NCBI GenBank assembly: GCA_046716885.1
Contig: JBKJWL010000267.1
Coordinates: 2,216-66,215, forward strand
Direction of reading: 5' to 3'
DNA: 64,000 nucleotides
Source: Thermoanaerobaculia bacterium
GTDB lineage: Bacteria; Acidobacteriota; Thermoanaerobaculia; UBA5066; Gp7-AA6
How positions within the stretch are numbered: position 1 is the stretch's first letter; each line of letters opens with the position of its first letter. Positions 16,717 through 27,698 of the stretch are shown here, one piece after another. The notes below the pieces were generated by a model. The model saw nothing but the letters and a program-made list of their open reading frames with translations, did not search any database and had not been told where the DNA came from. A program made the translations under genes and the position numbers.

Positions 16717-18662
16717 GTGCCGAGCGTGAGCCCCTCCTCCCGCGGCGAAGCCTGGCGGACCCTCGGCGTCGCGGGGGTTCCCTTCGCCGTCTACGCCGCG
16801 GGCGCGTGCCGCACGGTCTACGTCGGCGACAGCGGGGACCTGCTCACGGCGATTGCGGTGATGGGGATCCCGCACCCGTCCGGCTACCCGCTCTACGTGC
16901 TCGCCGGGAAGCTCTGGTCGATCGTCTTCGGATTCCTGCCGCTGCCCTGGAGCCTCAGCCTCTTCTCCGCCGCCTGCGCCGCGGCGGCGTGCGCCGTGCT
17001 CTACACGGCGAGCCGCGAGTCCGGTGTCAACCGCGCGGCCTCGGCCGGAGCGGCCTGGCTCCTCGCGTTCTCGGGGAGCTTCTGGGCCGAAGCCAACGTC
17101 CAGAGGGTTTATGCGCTGAACGCGCTCTTCGTCGCGCTCGCGTTTCTGTTCGCGTTTCGGTGGCATCGCGGGCGCAGAGACCGCGATCTCGTCCTGGCCG
17201 CGTTCGTCTGCGGCCTCGGCGCGTCGAATCATCTCGAGATGGGTGTCGTCGGCCTCGCCATCGGCCTCTACGCGGTGGCCACGCAGCCTTCGATCCTGAG
17301 ACGGCCGCGGCTCATCGCGGCATGTATCGCCGGCGGTGTCGCCGGACTACTGCCTTACCTGTACCTGCCGCTGCGGGCGCGGGCACATCCTCTCCTCGAC
17401 TGGGGGCATCCCGTCGGCTGGAAGGGCTTCGCCGAGGTCGTGCTCCGCAAGAACTTCTGGGACCGGGCGTGGCTCGAGGGCCCGGCGGACCTCGCGCCGA
17501 TCCTGGTCGACTACGGGAGAAGCCTCCTGACCGAGTCGGCCTGGGCCGGAGCCGTGCTCGCGGCGCTGGCCCTCGCCGCTGGCCTGACTCGAAGGCGCCG
17601 TTGGCCTGTCTTCCTGCCGCTCCTCGTCATGGGCGCCAATCTCGCCGTCATGGCTCTCCACGGCTCGCGCAGCGACATCTTCATCTGGCACCGCTACCAC
17701 ATCCCCTCGTACATGGCGCTTGCCCTTCTGGCGGCCTGGGGGTGGCAGACGCTGTCCGAGCGCCTTCACCCGCGCCTGGCGCTACTTGCCATCCTGCCTC
17801 CGCTCGCCCTTCTCGCCTCCGGCTGGCGCTCCGCCCACCGCAGCCGCTACCGCATCGCGGAGGATTATTCGCGCACTCTTCTCGCGACACTTCCGCCGGG
17901 CTCCCAAATCATCGCCTCGGACGACAACATCCTCTTCGTCCTAATGTATCTGAGCCTCGGCGAGGGCCTGCGGCCCGACGTCAACGTGATCCTCGAAGGG
18001 ATCGAGGGCGCGCGCCTTCCGCCGCTGTCCTTTAATCCCGACAACGATCCGATCTTCCTGACGCACTACCCGAACTGGAACGTGGCGGGACTCGAGGCTG
18101 TGCCCGTGGGCCTCACGTTTCGCGCGTGGCGCGCGGGCCGGCCGTGGCCCCCGCCGACTCCCGTGAAGAGCCACCTCGACGGCGAGAAGGATCCGCGGGT
18201 CCCGAAGGACTACCTGACGCGGAACCTCATCGGGAACTTCCACCAGATGCTCGGAATGACCTTCGAGGCGCGCGACTGGAAGCGGGCCGTCCGGGAATTC
18301 GACGAAGCGCAGAGGGCCGCGCCGAACAACGACGTCCTCTTCTACAACCTCGGCTTGATTTACCGTCGAAACGGCCTGCTCGAAGAATCTCTCTCCGCTT
18401 TCCGCCGCTCCGCCGCGATCAATTCGCGCGCGATCGCGAGTCTGACCAAGCCTCGGGCCTCGGATCGCGCCTCGGAGGTCCAGGCGGAGATTGGGGAACG
18501 GGATCAGCTGCTCGCGGAACTCGCTGGAGATGAGGCACTTGCGGGCCTCGCGGCCGGGTCGCCGGAACGGCGGCGCGGGATGGCCTCGTTGCTCGCGGCG
18601 CGCGGCCAGCGCTCCTGGGCCCGCGGGATGCTTCTGGGGCCGGCCAGCTTCCGCCCGGCGCG

Positions 18663-18666
<4 letters not shown>
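16717..18666 (+). CDS. DUF2723 (TMEM260-like, GT-C-type) multi-pass membrane protein with C-terminal TPR repeats
   Basis: [36 protein letters not shown] matches the DUF2723 signature (GDSGE...G.aHPpGYPLy). About 10 hydrophobic helices follow, then C-terminal TPRs ([29 protein letters not shown]). Confidence 0.8.
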
Positions 18667-19388
<722 letters not shown>

Positions 19389-19507
19389 GGCGTCGTCAGT
19401 CTCCTTTGGGACCCGGACCATTGTGGGCCGAGAGCCGGACCTTCCCCTGCCGGTATTACGATTTTCCCCCCTGGGTGTTTCGCCTCGGGAAAGCTTCCGC
19501 CTCCTCA

Positions 19508-20230
19508 CTAAAGCGCAGCCACGCCGGCCTTTCCCAGCACGAAGAGGCCCCAGAGGCTGCCGATGAGAGCGGCCATCCGGCCCCGGGAGGCCTTCGCCGC
19601 GGCCGAGAGGCCCAGGACGAGGAGGGCCATGGTCCAGAACGAGAACAAGTCGATCGAGGCCAGGAGCCCGTGCAGAACCGGGTCCGTCTTACGATCCACG
19701 AGGAAGCTGAGGTTCGTCCTCAGGGCGTCCCCGACCGTCTGGGGATCGATCGAGACACGGTTCCACAGGACCGCGAGCAACGCGATCGACCCGAGAGTCG
19801 CTGGCAGGAACGCATGCGCCGTGATCCCCAGGGACTGCGGGAAGCGAACCTCCCAGCCAAACGCCTGACACGCAGCCCAGAGAAGCCCTGCGATCACGCA
19901 CGTCAGGACGGCGGGCGCGAGCACGGCGATCAGGTCCCAGAGCCACGAGAGCTTCCGGGCCTGTTCGATCGCCATCTCCATCTGGCTCTCGGTCAGCTTG
20001 TGGTCGCTCTTCGCCATGCGCTCCGTCATGACGGCCCGCCAGTCCGTCTTCGAGAGGATCAGCTCGGACAGAGGCAGGGCGAGGCCGGTCGCGATCGCGA
20101 CGGGGAGGAGCCACGTCGGCTTGCGGGCGATCGCGGCGAAGGTCCTGGCCGGAGTTACGAAGACCCCGACGAGCCGTCCGAGGCCGGAGACGGGTCCCCG
20201 CACGGGCTCGGGCGCGACTGCCGATTCCAT
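19508..20230 (-). CDS. Yip1-domain integral membrane protein
   Basis: The 240-aa ORF has about five hydrophobic helices after a cytoplasmic N-terminus ([26 protein letters not shown]). The architecture is typical of Yip1/DUF1282 proteins. Its ATG shares 1 nt with the TolC stop. Confidence 0.65.
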   Translation of the reverse strand: MESAVAPEPVRGPVSGLGRLVGVFVTPARTFAAIARKPTWLLPVAIATGLALPLSELILSKTDWRAVMTERMAKSDHKLTESQMEMAIEQARKLSWLWDLIAVLAPAVLTCVIAGLLWAACQAFGWEVRFPQSLGITAHAFLPATLGSIALLAVLWNRVSIDPQTVGDALRTNLSFLVDRKTDPVLHGLLASIDLFSFWTMALLVLGLSAAAKASRGRMAALIGSLWGLFVLGKAGVAAL

Positions 20231-21909
20231 CAGGGCGCGACGGGCGCTTCGAGAGCGCGGCGCGCCCGAGAGGCTTCGACGTCAACGTCCGGCGGTGCCA
20301 TCTCCGGCAGACCCTCGATCTGCACGCCTTTCCACTCGAGGATGTCGGCAATCGCGTTGTGGTACGCCGACACCGCCTTGCGGTAGATCGCCAGCGCGTT
20401 CAACTCGCGCGACCGCGCGTCCGAGAGGTCGTTGGTGATCTGCGAGACCTCGAACGAGGTCGTCATCCCGTTGTCGTACTTCTTTCGCGCCGCGTCGAGG
20501 TTGCGCTCGGCGAGCTCGCGGCCCTTGGCCGCCGCGTCGATCTGGCGGCTGGCGGTCTCGATCGCCCGGTGCGCGGCACGCACGCCCACGACGATGTCCT
20601 GCTCGAGAACGGTCAGGCGCGCGCGATCGGTTTCGAGGTTGTACTTCGCCACACCCCTGGCCCCCTTGGCCGCGCGGTTCAGGATCGGATACGAGAACAC
20701 GAGCCCGACCCTCCAGTTCTTGAAGTTCGAGTCGAAGATCTGGCTGGCGGCACTTCCGAACCCGTTGTTGGCGATCACGATGCCGTTTGAGTCGAAGACC
20801 CTGCCGTCCAAGCCGCTGCGACCGTAGCCCCCCACCAGGTCGAGCTGGGGCAGCGTCTGATTTTGCCAGTACTCGTAGCGAAGCTGATTGGAGGCCACCG
20901 AGTAGTTCTGGGCCAGAATCTCGGGGCGGCGCTGGAGCGCCATCTTGACGCCCTCGGCGAGGTCGAACTGCAGCTTCTCCGCCTGAATCGCATCCGTCGG
21001 GACGAGCGGCGTCCGGCCCCAGCTTCCGGCCTCGAAGTTCAGGAGCCGCTTGAGCTGATCTTCCGCCTGGCCCACGGCGGCCTCGGCGTTGATGATGTCC
21101 TGCTCGGCCAACGCGATGTCGACCTCGGTCTGCACGATGTCGATGGGAGCGAGCGAACCCACGTCGATCCGGATCTTCGTGATGCGATTCAACTCGATCG
21201 CGAGCCTCTTGTACTCCTGCTTCACGATGAGGTTGCCCTTGGCGTAGACGAGGTCCCAGTAGGCCTGCTCGACGCCGTTGATGACGACCTGGACGCTTCG
21301 CACCAGCAGCTGGTAGTTAGCGTCCCGAGAGTTGCGGGCAGTGTCGATCAGAATGTTGGTCGCCCGCCTGCCGAAATTCCGCAGCAGCGGCTGCGAAATG
21401 TTGAGCGTCAGGCCCGCCTGGTAGGACGGGTTGATGTTGAAAAAGGCCGAATTGGTGACCGTCCGGTTCCCGGCAAAGCCAAGCGTGAAGCGTCCTCCCC
21501 AGGGAGTCAGCTGCGAAACGTCCGCGTTGGCGTCGAAGGTATCGGTCGTGAGAACGTCGGCGCCCGAGAGATCCGAGGAGGTCGGCGAATCGCTATGCGC
21601 GCGCACGGCGCTGGCCGAGAGCAACGGATCGTAGATGCCGTAGTTTTGAAAGAGAAGGAACTGCGACGCCTCGGCGAAGTTGACCGAGACGTTGAGGTCC
21701 GCGTTATTGGCTAGCGCGATCGCGACAGCTTGGTCGAGAGCCAGGTGGATACCGTCCGACTCGGGCGCCGGGAGCGACTGCGGCGTGCGCTGGCCCGGTT
21801 GCGCCGAAATCACCGGGCCGGACTGGGCCGAGAGGGCCGCGGAAACCGTGACGAGGAGGCCGGCGCCGAGGGCCGCGCGCATTCCCCGGAGGGTGGACGA
21901 GCTCTTCAT
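20230..21909 (-). CDS. TolC-family outer membrane efflux protein
   Basis: The ATG at 21909 lies 9 nt after AAGGAG. The signal peptide is MKSSSTLRGMRAALGAGLLVTVSAALSAQ. Two internal repeats of the OEP type are visible (LALDQAVAIALANNADL..., LAEGVKMALQRRPEIL...). Confidence 0.8.
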   Translation of the reverse strand: MKSSSTLRGMRAALGAGLLVTVSAALSAQSGPVISAQPGQRTPQSLPAPESDGIHLALDQAVAIALANNADLNVSVNFAEASQFLLFQNYGIYDPLLSASAVRAHSDSPTSSDLSGADVLTTDTFDANADVSQLTPWGGRFTLGFAGNRTVTNSAFFNINPSYQAGLTLNISQPLLRNFGRRATNILIDTARNSRDANYQLLVRSVQVVINGVEQAYWDLVYAKGNLIVKQEYKRLAIELNRITKIRIDVGSLAPIDIVQTEVDIALAEQDIINAEAAVGQAEDQLKRLLNFEAGSWGRTPLVPTDAIQAEKLQFDLAEGVKMALQRRPEILAQNYSVASNQLRYEYWQNQTLPQLDLVGGYGRSGLDGRVFDSNGIVIANNGFGSAASQIFDSNFKNWRVGLVFSYPILNRAAKGARGVAKYNLETDRARLTVLEQDIVVGVRAAHRAIETASRQIDAAAKGRELAERNLDAARKKYDNGMTTSFEVSQITNDLSDARSRELNALAIYRKAVSAYHNAIADILEWKGVQIEGLPEMAPPDVDVEASRARRALEAPVAP

Positions 21910-21977
21910 TACCTTTGACTCCTTTGTCACCCCAAATTACGCAGGGGACTACCGAATGTTTCGCCTAAATGTTCATA

Positions 21978-22982
21978 TCACGGCATTTCGCCGGGGAAAA
22001 AGCAGGCCACCCGGCGGCCCGGCGTAACCTCCAGAAGCTCCGGGCGCTCTTGCCCGCACCGCGGCCGTGCGATCGGGCAGCGCGGGTGGAAGGGGCAGCC
22101 GGGAGGAGGCTCGGCGGCCGACGGGGGCTCGCCGCCAAGGGGGATGCGGAGGCGGACGCCGGAGGGATCGGGATCCGGAGCGGCCGCGACCAGAGCCGCC
22201 GAATAGGGATGAAGGGGAAGCGCCGTCAGCTGCGGCGTTGGACCTTCCTCGACGATGCGCCCGAGGTAGAGGATCGCGATGCGATCGGCGATCCGCGACA
22301 CGACCGCCAGGTCGTGCGAGATGAAGAGGTAGGAGAGCCCGGAGCGCTCGCGCAGCTCGAGCAGCAGGTTGACGATTTGCGCGGCGATCGAAACGTCGAG
22401 TGCGGAGACGGGCTCGTCGCACACGACCAGACGCGGCCCGGTCGCCAGGGCACGCGCGATCGCGACCCGCTGTCTCTGTCCGCCCGAGAGCTCGCGCGGA
22501 AAGCGCACGCCGGTCTCCGGAGGAAGTCCCACATCCGCCAGCAGTTCCCGCACGCGCTCCCGAAGCGCACGGCCGCGCGCGATCCCCTGCACCCGCAGGG
22601 GCTCTCCGATCTGATCGGCGGCCCGCATCCGCGGATTCAGCGACGTCTGGGGGTCCTGGAAGACCACCTGAAGGTCCCGGCGCCGCCGGCGCAGCTCGCG
22701 GCCGGAAAGGGCCAGCCAGTCCTGTCCGCCGAACCGGATGCTGCCCGAGTCGGGCTCCGTCAAGCGCGCGCAGATGCGGCCGACCGTCGTCTTGCCGCTG
22801 CCGGACTCGCCGACGAGACCGAGCGTCTGCCCGCCGGCGATCTCGAAGTCCACGCCCCGGAGCGCGGGAAGGGACGCGGTCCGGGACCCGAAGAGACCGC
22901 GGCGGATCGCGTACCGCTTCTCGAGGCCGACCGCCGTGAGCAACGGTTCGGGGGGGACCCCGCGCGCCGTCACAGCGCTCAA
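21978..22982 (-). CDS. Oligopeptide/dipeptide-type ABC transporter ATP-binding protein (OppF/DppF-like)
   Basis: This is the C-terminal third of track ORF 21978..24050. Motifs: [35 protein letters not shown], and the C-terminal oligopeptide-type tail HPYSAALV...CPFHPRCP. The start is TTG at 22982 (TTGA overlap with the oppD-like stop) or GTG at 22973. Confidence 0.8.
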   Translation of the reverse strand: MSAVTARGVPPEPLLTAVGLEKRYAIRRGLFGSRTASLPALRGVDFEIAGGQTLGLVGESGSGKTTVGRICARLTEPDSGSIRFGGQDWLALSGRELRRRRRDLQVVFQDPQTSLNPRMRAADQIGEPLRVQGIARGRALRERVRELLADVGLPPETGVRFPRELSGGQRQRVAIARALATGPRLVVCDEPVSALDVSIAAQIVNLLLELRERSGLSYLFISHDLAVVSRIADRIAILYLGRIVEEGPTPQLTALPLHPYSAALVAAAPDPDPSGVRLRIPLGGEPPSAAEPPPGCPFHPRCPIARPRCGQERPELLEVTPGRRVACFFPGEMP

Positions 22983-23977
22983 CGCCGGGCCTGCATCGGG
23001 GCGTTTTGGTGGAGAAAGCAGCGGGCCCGGCCCGAGGCGGTCGGATAGAGCTCGGGCTCGCTTCGATCGCAGGGCTCGAACCGTTCCGGGCACCTTGGCG
23101 CGAACGCGCAGACTCCGGTCGGGCGAGCCGAGAGGTCCGCCAGCGCGCCGGGGATCGTCTCGTAACGTTCGCCCTCGCGGCGGCCGGCGGACCGGATGCG
23201 CGGGACCGAAGCGAGCAGCCCCCGGGTGTAGGGATGACAGGGAGCGCGGAAGAGATCGGCGGTCGCCGCCTCCTCGACGACGCGCCCCGCGTAGAGGACG
23301 AGCACCCGGTCGCAATGCTCGGCCACGATCCCGAAATCGTGCGTGATCAGGAGCACGCCGAGGCCGCGCGCGGCGCGCGTCCGATCGAGCAGCTCCAGAA
23401 CCTGCGCGGCCACGGTGGCGTCCAGCGAGGCGGTCGGCTCGTCCGCGAGAAGGACCTTCGGCCCCGGCGCCAGGGTCAGCGCCAGGAAGGCGCGCTGCTG
23501 CAGCCCCCCGGAAAGCCGGTGAGCATACTCTCCGAGGGCCCCCTCGGGATCCGGGAAGGCCGCGTCTTGCAGGGCCGAGATCGCGATCGCGCGGGCCTGC
23601 CCGCGGGAGACCGGGCGGTGAAGGCGGATCGCCTCCACGATCTGCGCACCGATCGTCCGCACGGGATCGAACGCGGAGGCCGGCTCCTGGAAGACCAGGC
23701 CGATCTGGCCTCCGCGCACGCCGCGCCACTCGTCTTCGGAGAGGCTCAGGAGATCCCGGCCGCCCGAGGCGAGATGCCCGCTGACCCTCGCCCCGCCGGC
23801 CGGCAGCCCCAGCAGAGCGCGGGCCAGCTGTGTTTTTCCGGAGCCGCTCTCGCCGACCACCGCCAACGACTCCCCCGCCGCGAGCGTGAAGGACACGCCG
23901 TCCACCGCGGGATGGAGCGCCCCGGCGACCGGCAGCTCGACGCGCAGATCTTCGACTTCGAGGACAGAACCGCGGAT
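22979..23977 (-). CDS. Oligopeptide/dipeptide-type ABC transporter ATP-binding protein (OppD/DppD-like)
   Basis: Track ORF 22979..23905 begins at a GTG inside the conserved first beta-strand. The in-frame upstream sequence [22 protein letters not shown] is clearly part of the ABC domain. The only plausible start is ATC at 23977, 6 nt after GAGG. Motifs: [35 protein letters not shown]. Confidence 0.75.
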   Translation of the reverse strand: MRGSVLEVEDLRVELPVAGALHPAVDGVSFTLAAGESLAVVGESGSGKTQLARALLGLPAGGARVSGHLASGGRDLLSLSEDEWRGVRGGQIGLVFQEPASAFDPVRTIGAQIVEAIRLHRPVSRGQARAIAISALQDAAFPDPEGALGEYAHRLSGGLQQRAFLALTLAPGPKVLLADEPTASLDATVAAQVLELLDRTRAARGLGVLLITHDFGIVAEHCDRVLVLYAGRVVEEAATADLFRAPCHPYTRGLLASVPRIRSAGRREGERYETIPGALADLSARPTGVCAFAPRCPERFEPCDRSEPELYPTASGRARCFLHQNAPMQARR

Positions 23978-24006
23978 GCTGGACCTCGCTCCCGACTCCC
24001 GACCGC

Positions 24007-26529
24007 CTACGAGTCCTTCCGAACGGCCTCGAGATCTCGCACGCGGGCAACGATGTCCCGGTAGTTCGCGTTCAGGCCGTAGACCTCCTGAAATGTCCTG
24101 TAGGCGAGGTCCATGTCCCCCGTGTCCTGGTAGACCGAGGCGAGGTCATAGAGCATCCCGGCCGTCTCGGCATCCTGGATCGCCGGCGTCTCGAGCCCCT
24201 TGCGAAACCACTTGATTGCCAGCTGCGGCATCCCCTTCTCGAGGAAGCAGTGCCCGAGCATGCTGCAGCATTCCAACACGCGGCCAGGGTCCTTGCTCGC
24301 CAGCTGGAACTCCCCGATCGCTTCGTCGACGAGCCCCATCTCCTTGTAGGCGATCCCGAGGTTGAAGTGGGTCTCGTAGTCCTCCGCCGAGAGCTGCTGC
24401 TCGACGCCCTTCTTGAACTCGCGGAAGATCTCCTCGAGCGAGACCTCCCCCTGGGGCCCTGCGACCTGCGCCGTCTCCTGCGCCGCCTCCTCGTCGGAAA
24501 GCTCCTTATCGAGCTCCTCGGCCAGGTTGAAAAACTTCTGCTCGTCGGCAAACAGGTTGTCCTCGTCGACGAGCGGGACCGCGGCGGGCGCCAGGGGCAG
24601 GTCCCCGTCGCCGGCCCGCTGCATCTCGTCCCCCAGCAGGTTTCCGAGCTGCTCATAGGACACGAACTCGGAGTCGGCCGACGCCTCGGGCTCAGGCGTC
24701 GTAAGGCGCTCGAACGCGGGAGGCGCCCCCGGGAACTCCGGCTCCGAGAACTCGATCGCGTCGTCCGGGAACGGGGCCCCGGCCGACGCCTCGGCCGGCG
24801 GCGCGGCCGGCTGGCCGACGTCGAACTCCTCGAACAGGACGTCGATACCCGAGGCGGGAGGCGCCGGGGAGGCGGCAAGGACTTCCGGCTCGCTTGGCGA
24901 GGCGAGACCCGCCGACGCGAGCACCCGGTTCGCCTCGGCCGGCCTGCCCGCCGCGTTCCACGCCGCCGCCAGCGCTTCCGCCTCCCGAGAGAGGGCCGGG
25001 TTCTTCGTTTCGGCGAGGAGCTCCACCAACCGCTCCCGCGCCTTGAGCAGATCGGGGCGGCGCTCTACGAGGACGAACAGCCGTTCGATCGCCTTGTCGG
25101 TCAGGCCGTACTTCGCGAAGACTTCCGCTTCCACGATGAGTGTCTCGAGCTGCTGCTCCTCGGGCGACACGGCCGTCGCGCCCGCGGAAACCGCCGAGGC
25201 CGCCGGAGCGGGAGTGACCACGGGTGGCGGCGGCGTCTCGTCCATGTCGATCGACGGAATGTTGGGCTGAGGCGCGTGGACGCCGGCCGATTCCTCCAGG
25301 TCGATGATCAGCTCCTGGTACTCGGGCGCTTCCGCCTCCCCCGGAGGCGGAGGCGCCATCGGCGGCGTCTCCGTCGGCGGGCCGATGTCCTTGAGCCGCG
25401 TGGCGGCCTCCACGTTGGAGGGGTCGGCGGTCTGCGCCCGGCGGTAGTGCTCGAGAGCGGCGGCAGGATCCTGCCTCTTCTCGGCCAGCCGGCCCAGGGC
25501 GATATGCGTCTTCGCCAGAGCAGCGCCGTTGCCCTCGGCCTCGAGCACTTTAGCCAACTGCTCGAGGGCGGACGGGTGCAGCGGATCGGCCGCGAGGATA
25601 GGCTCCAGGTACTCGGCGGCGCGCCCGAAGTCCCGGCGCGCCAGCGCCGCATCCACGATGGGCGCCACGACCGAAGCCGCCTTGTCAAGGGCCTGTTCCT
25701 GCACGCGGAGCCGGCACAGAAACACCCTCGGCGCCTCCGCGTCGGCATCCAGGGCCAGAGCCTGCTCGGCCGTGCGGACCGCCTCGGCCCGCTGCCCCAT
25801 CTCGAGCTGTGCTTCGGCGAAGAGCGCGAGGCTGCCGGCCGTGCGCGGCGCGGCCTTGAGCACCGCCATCGCCGCGGCGGTGTTCTTCTGCGCCAGCAGC
25901 GACCGCACGAGGTTGCGCTGGGTATCCACGTCGTCGGGCGACAGCTCCAGCGCCTTCTGGAACACCTGTGCGGCCTCGTCGTGCGCGCCGCGCTTCAGGA
26001 GCATGTTGCCGATCAGGCCGTACTGCATGACGGCCTGGTCGTTCTGGCGGGCGCCGCGGTACAGGTCGGCGAGGCGCACCTGGATGCGCAGGTCGGTCGG
26101 ATCGATCGCCGCCATCTTCTTGTAGACGGTGATCGCGTCGGCCGCCCGGTTGTTCTTCTGGTAATGGTCGGCCAGGACCTGGTACTGGCTGCGGGCGTCC
26201 TGGACGAGACCCTGCTTGTGGTACAGGTCCGCCAGCTTGTCGTAGACCTCGAGCCGGGCGGGATCGATCTTGTTGATCTTCTTGAAAATGGCGATCGCCT
26301 TCAGGAAAAACCCGTCCTTCGAGTAGAAATCGGCGATCCGCGTGAAGTAGGGGATCGATTCGGCCGGCCGATTCATGCGGACGTAGAGGTCTCCGACCTT
26401 GTTGAGCGTGGAGATGTCTTTCGGGTTGTCCTCCAGAACGCGCAGGTACTCCTTGAGCGCCTGATCGAGCTTGCCCCGGGACAGCAGCTTCTCGGCGGAC
26501 TGGAGGACCTGGTCGCGGTTAACCGCCAT
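24007..26529 (-). CDS. 840-aa TPR-repeat scaffold protein (N-terminal TPR array, acidic/Pro-rich centre, C-terminal TPRs)
   Basis: The N-terminal repeats read LKEYLRVLEDNPKDISTLNKVGDLYVRMNRPAESIPYFTRIADFYSKDGFFLKAIAIFKKINKIDP... The centre is low-complexity (PPMAPPPPGEAEAPEYQELIIDLEE... and many P/A/E residues). The C-terminus reads HFNLGIAYKEMGLVDEAIGEFQLA... The ATG lies 11 nt after the rnhB stop. Confidence 0.8.
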   Translation of the reverse strand: MAVNRDQVLQSAEKLLSRGKLDQALKEYLRVLEDNPKDISTLNKVGDLYVRMNRPAESIPYFTRIADFYSKDGFFLKAIAIFKKINKIDPARLEVYDKLADLYHKQGLVQDARSQYQVLADHYQKNNRAADAITVYKKMAAIDPTDLRIQVRLADLYRGARQNDQAVMQYGLIGNMLLKRGAHDEAAQVFQKALELSPDDVDTQRNLVRSLLAQKNTAAAMAVLKAAPRTAGSLALFAEAQLEMGQRAEAVRTAEQALALDADAEAPRVFLCRLRVQEQALDKAASVVAPIVDAALARRDFGRAAEYLEPILAADPLHPSALEQLAKVLEAEGNGAALAKTHIALGRLAEKRQDPAAALEHYRRAQTADPSNVEAATRLKDIGPPTETPPMAPPPPGEAEAPEYQELIIDLEESAGVHAPQPNIPSIDMDETPPPPVVTPAPAASAVSAGATAVSPEEQQLETLIVEAEVFAKYGLTDKAIERLFVLVERRPDLLKARERLVELLAETKNPALSREAEALAAAWNAAGRPAEANRVLASAGLASPSEPEVLAASPAPPASGIDVLFEEFDVGQPAAPPAEASAGAPFPDDAIEFSEPEFPGAPPAFERLTTPEPEASADSEFVSYEQLGNLLGDEMQRAGDGDLPLAPAAVPLVDEDNLFADEQKFFNLAEELDKELSDEEAAQETAQVAGPQGEVSLEEIFREFKKGVEQQLSAEDYETHFNLGIAYKEMGLVDEAIGEFQLASKDPGRVLECCSMLGHCFLEKGMPQLAIKWFRKGLETPAIQDAETAGMLYDLASVYQDTGDMDLAYRTFQEVYGLNANYRDIVARVRDLEAVRKDS

Positions 26530-26540
26530 TGGAGAAGATT

Positions 26541-27233
26541 CTAACCGCGACGGCGCGCCGCCCGACCGGCGATTGGCGCGTGAGAGGTTTCGGGCACGAC
26601 ACCGCGATAGGTCAGGCGGTGCTCGGGGCAGGGCCCGCTTCGCCGCAAGGCCTCCCAGTGCTCCGGGGTGCCGTAACCCTTGTGCTGGTCGAATCCGTAG
26701 GCCGGGTGCCGCTCCGACAGCGCGTCGAGCAGGCCGTCGCGGTACACCTTGGCGACGATCGAGGCGGCCGCGATCGAGGCCGAGAGCGCGTCGCCGTGGA
26801 TAATGGCGAGCTGGGGCGCGGAAACGCCCGGCACCCGCACCGCGTCGACGAGAATCACCTCAGGCGCGGGCGAGAGTGCGGTCACGGCTTGCCGCATCGC
26901 TTCCAGGCTCGCGCGCAGGATGTCACCCGCATCGATGGCGGCTGCCGTCACGACGCCGATCGACAGGGCGACGGCGCGTGCGCGGATCGCGACATCGAGC
27001 CGCTCACGGGACTCCGCGTCCAGGCGCTTCGAGTCGTCCAGCCCCGGCAGGAGGCAGCCGCCCGGCAGGATCACCGCGGCCGCCACAACCGGGCCGGCCA
27101 GTGACCCGCGTCCGGCCTCGTCCACGCCCGCGATACGCGAGAAACCGCGGGCCCGAAGCGCGCACTCGAGAAGGGTGAGATTGCGAAGGCGACCCAGTTC
27201 CGCGAAGAGAGCGGCCAGCGGGTCGGTCGTCAC
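26541..27233 (-). CDS. rnhB: Ribonuclease HII
   Basis: Motifs: IAGVDEAGRGSLAGPVVAAAV, LDDSKRL, IAAASIVAKVYRD, and GYGTPEH. Confidence 0.9.
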   Translation of the reverse strand: MTTDPLAALFAELGRLRNLTLLECALRARGFSRIAGVDEAGRGSLAGPVVAAAVILPGGCLLPGLDDSKRLDAESRERLDVAIRARAVALSIGVVTAAAIDAGDILRASLEAMRQAVTALSPAPEVILVDAVRVPGVSAPQLAIIHGDALSASIAAASIVAKVYRDGLLDALSERHPAYGFDQHKGYGTPEHWEALRRSGPCPEHRLTYRGVVPETSHAPIAGRAARRRG

Positions 27234-27253
27234 GTCCGCCTGGGATCTCCGAA

Positions 27254-27604
27254 TCAGTCCGTCTGCTTTTCGTCGATGCGTGCGGCCTTACCCTTGCGCT
27301 CGCGCAGATAGTAGAGCTTGGCCCGGCGCACGGCGCCCCGGCGCTCCACCTCGATGCGATCGATGATCGGAGAGTGCAGTGGAAAGATCCGCTCCACGCC
27401 GACACCGCCGGAGATCTTGCGGACCGTGAAGGTCTCCCGGGCGCCTCCGCTGCGGCGGGCGATGACCACGCCGGCGAACATCTGGATGCGCTCCTTTTCG
27501 CCTTCGCGCACCTTGACGTGAACGCGCACGCTGTCGCCCGGCGCGAAGGACGGCACGTCGCTCTTCAGCGACGCCTTTTCCACGTCCAGCAGGATGTCAC
27601 TCAT
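27254..27604 (-). CDS. rplS: 50S ribosomal protein L19
   Basis: This is the C-terminal 116 aa of track ORF 27254..27928: [51 protein letters not shown]...[18 protein letters not shown]. Confidence 0.9.
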   Translation of the reverse strand: MSDILLDVEKASLKSDVPSFAPGDSVRVHVKVREGEKERIQMFAGVVIARRSGGARETFTVRKISGGVGVERIFPLHSPIIDRIEVERRGAVRRAKLYYLRERKGKAARIDEKQTD

Positions 27605-27698
27605 CGCAAACCTCTTCCAAATCGAGCGGGCGGAGCCCGCAGAGGACCTACGGAAACGGCGAATTCTAAACGAACGGACACCCCGGGCGCAACCACGC

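Noticed and set aside
19389-19508. A 40-aa N-terminal extension of the MacB-type ATPase (GTG at 19508, overlapping the Yip1 stop).
   Set aside because: The extension is Arg/Gly-rich and unlike ABC ATPase N-termini. A strong AAGGAGA sits at ideal spacing before the ATG at 19388. The 120-nt spacer might hold a structured leader, but I could not define one.
26515-26553. The 12-nt perfect palindrome GCGGTTAACCGC and the repeated TAACCGC around the TPR gene start and the rnhB stop.
   Set aside because: These are short, partly inside coding sequence, and could arise by chance. There is no further evidence for a regulatory role.
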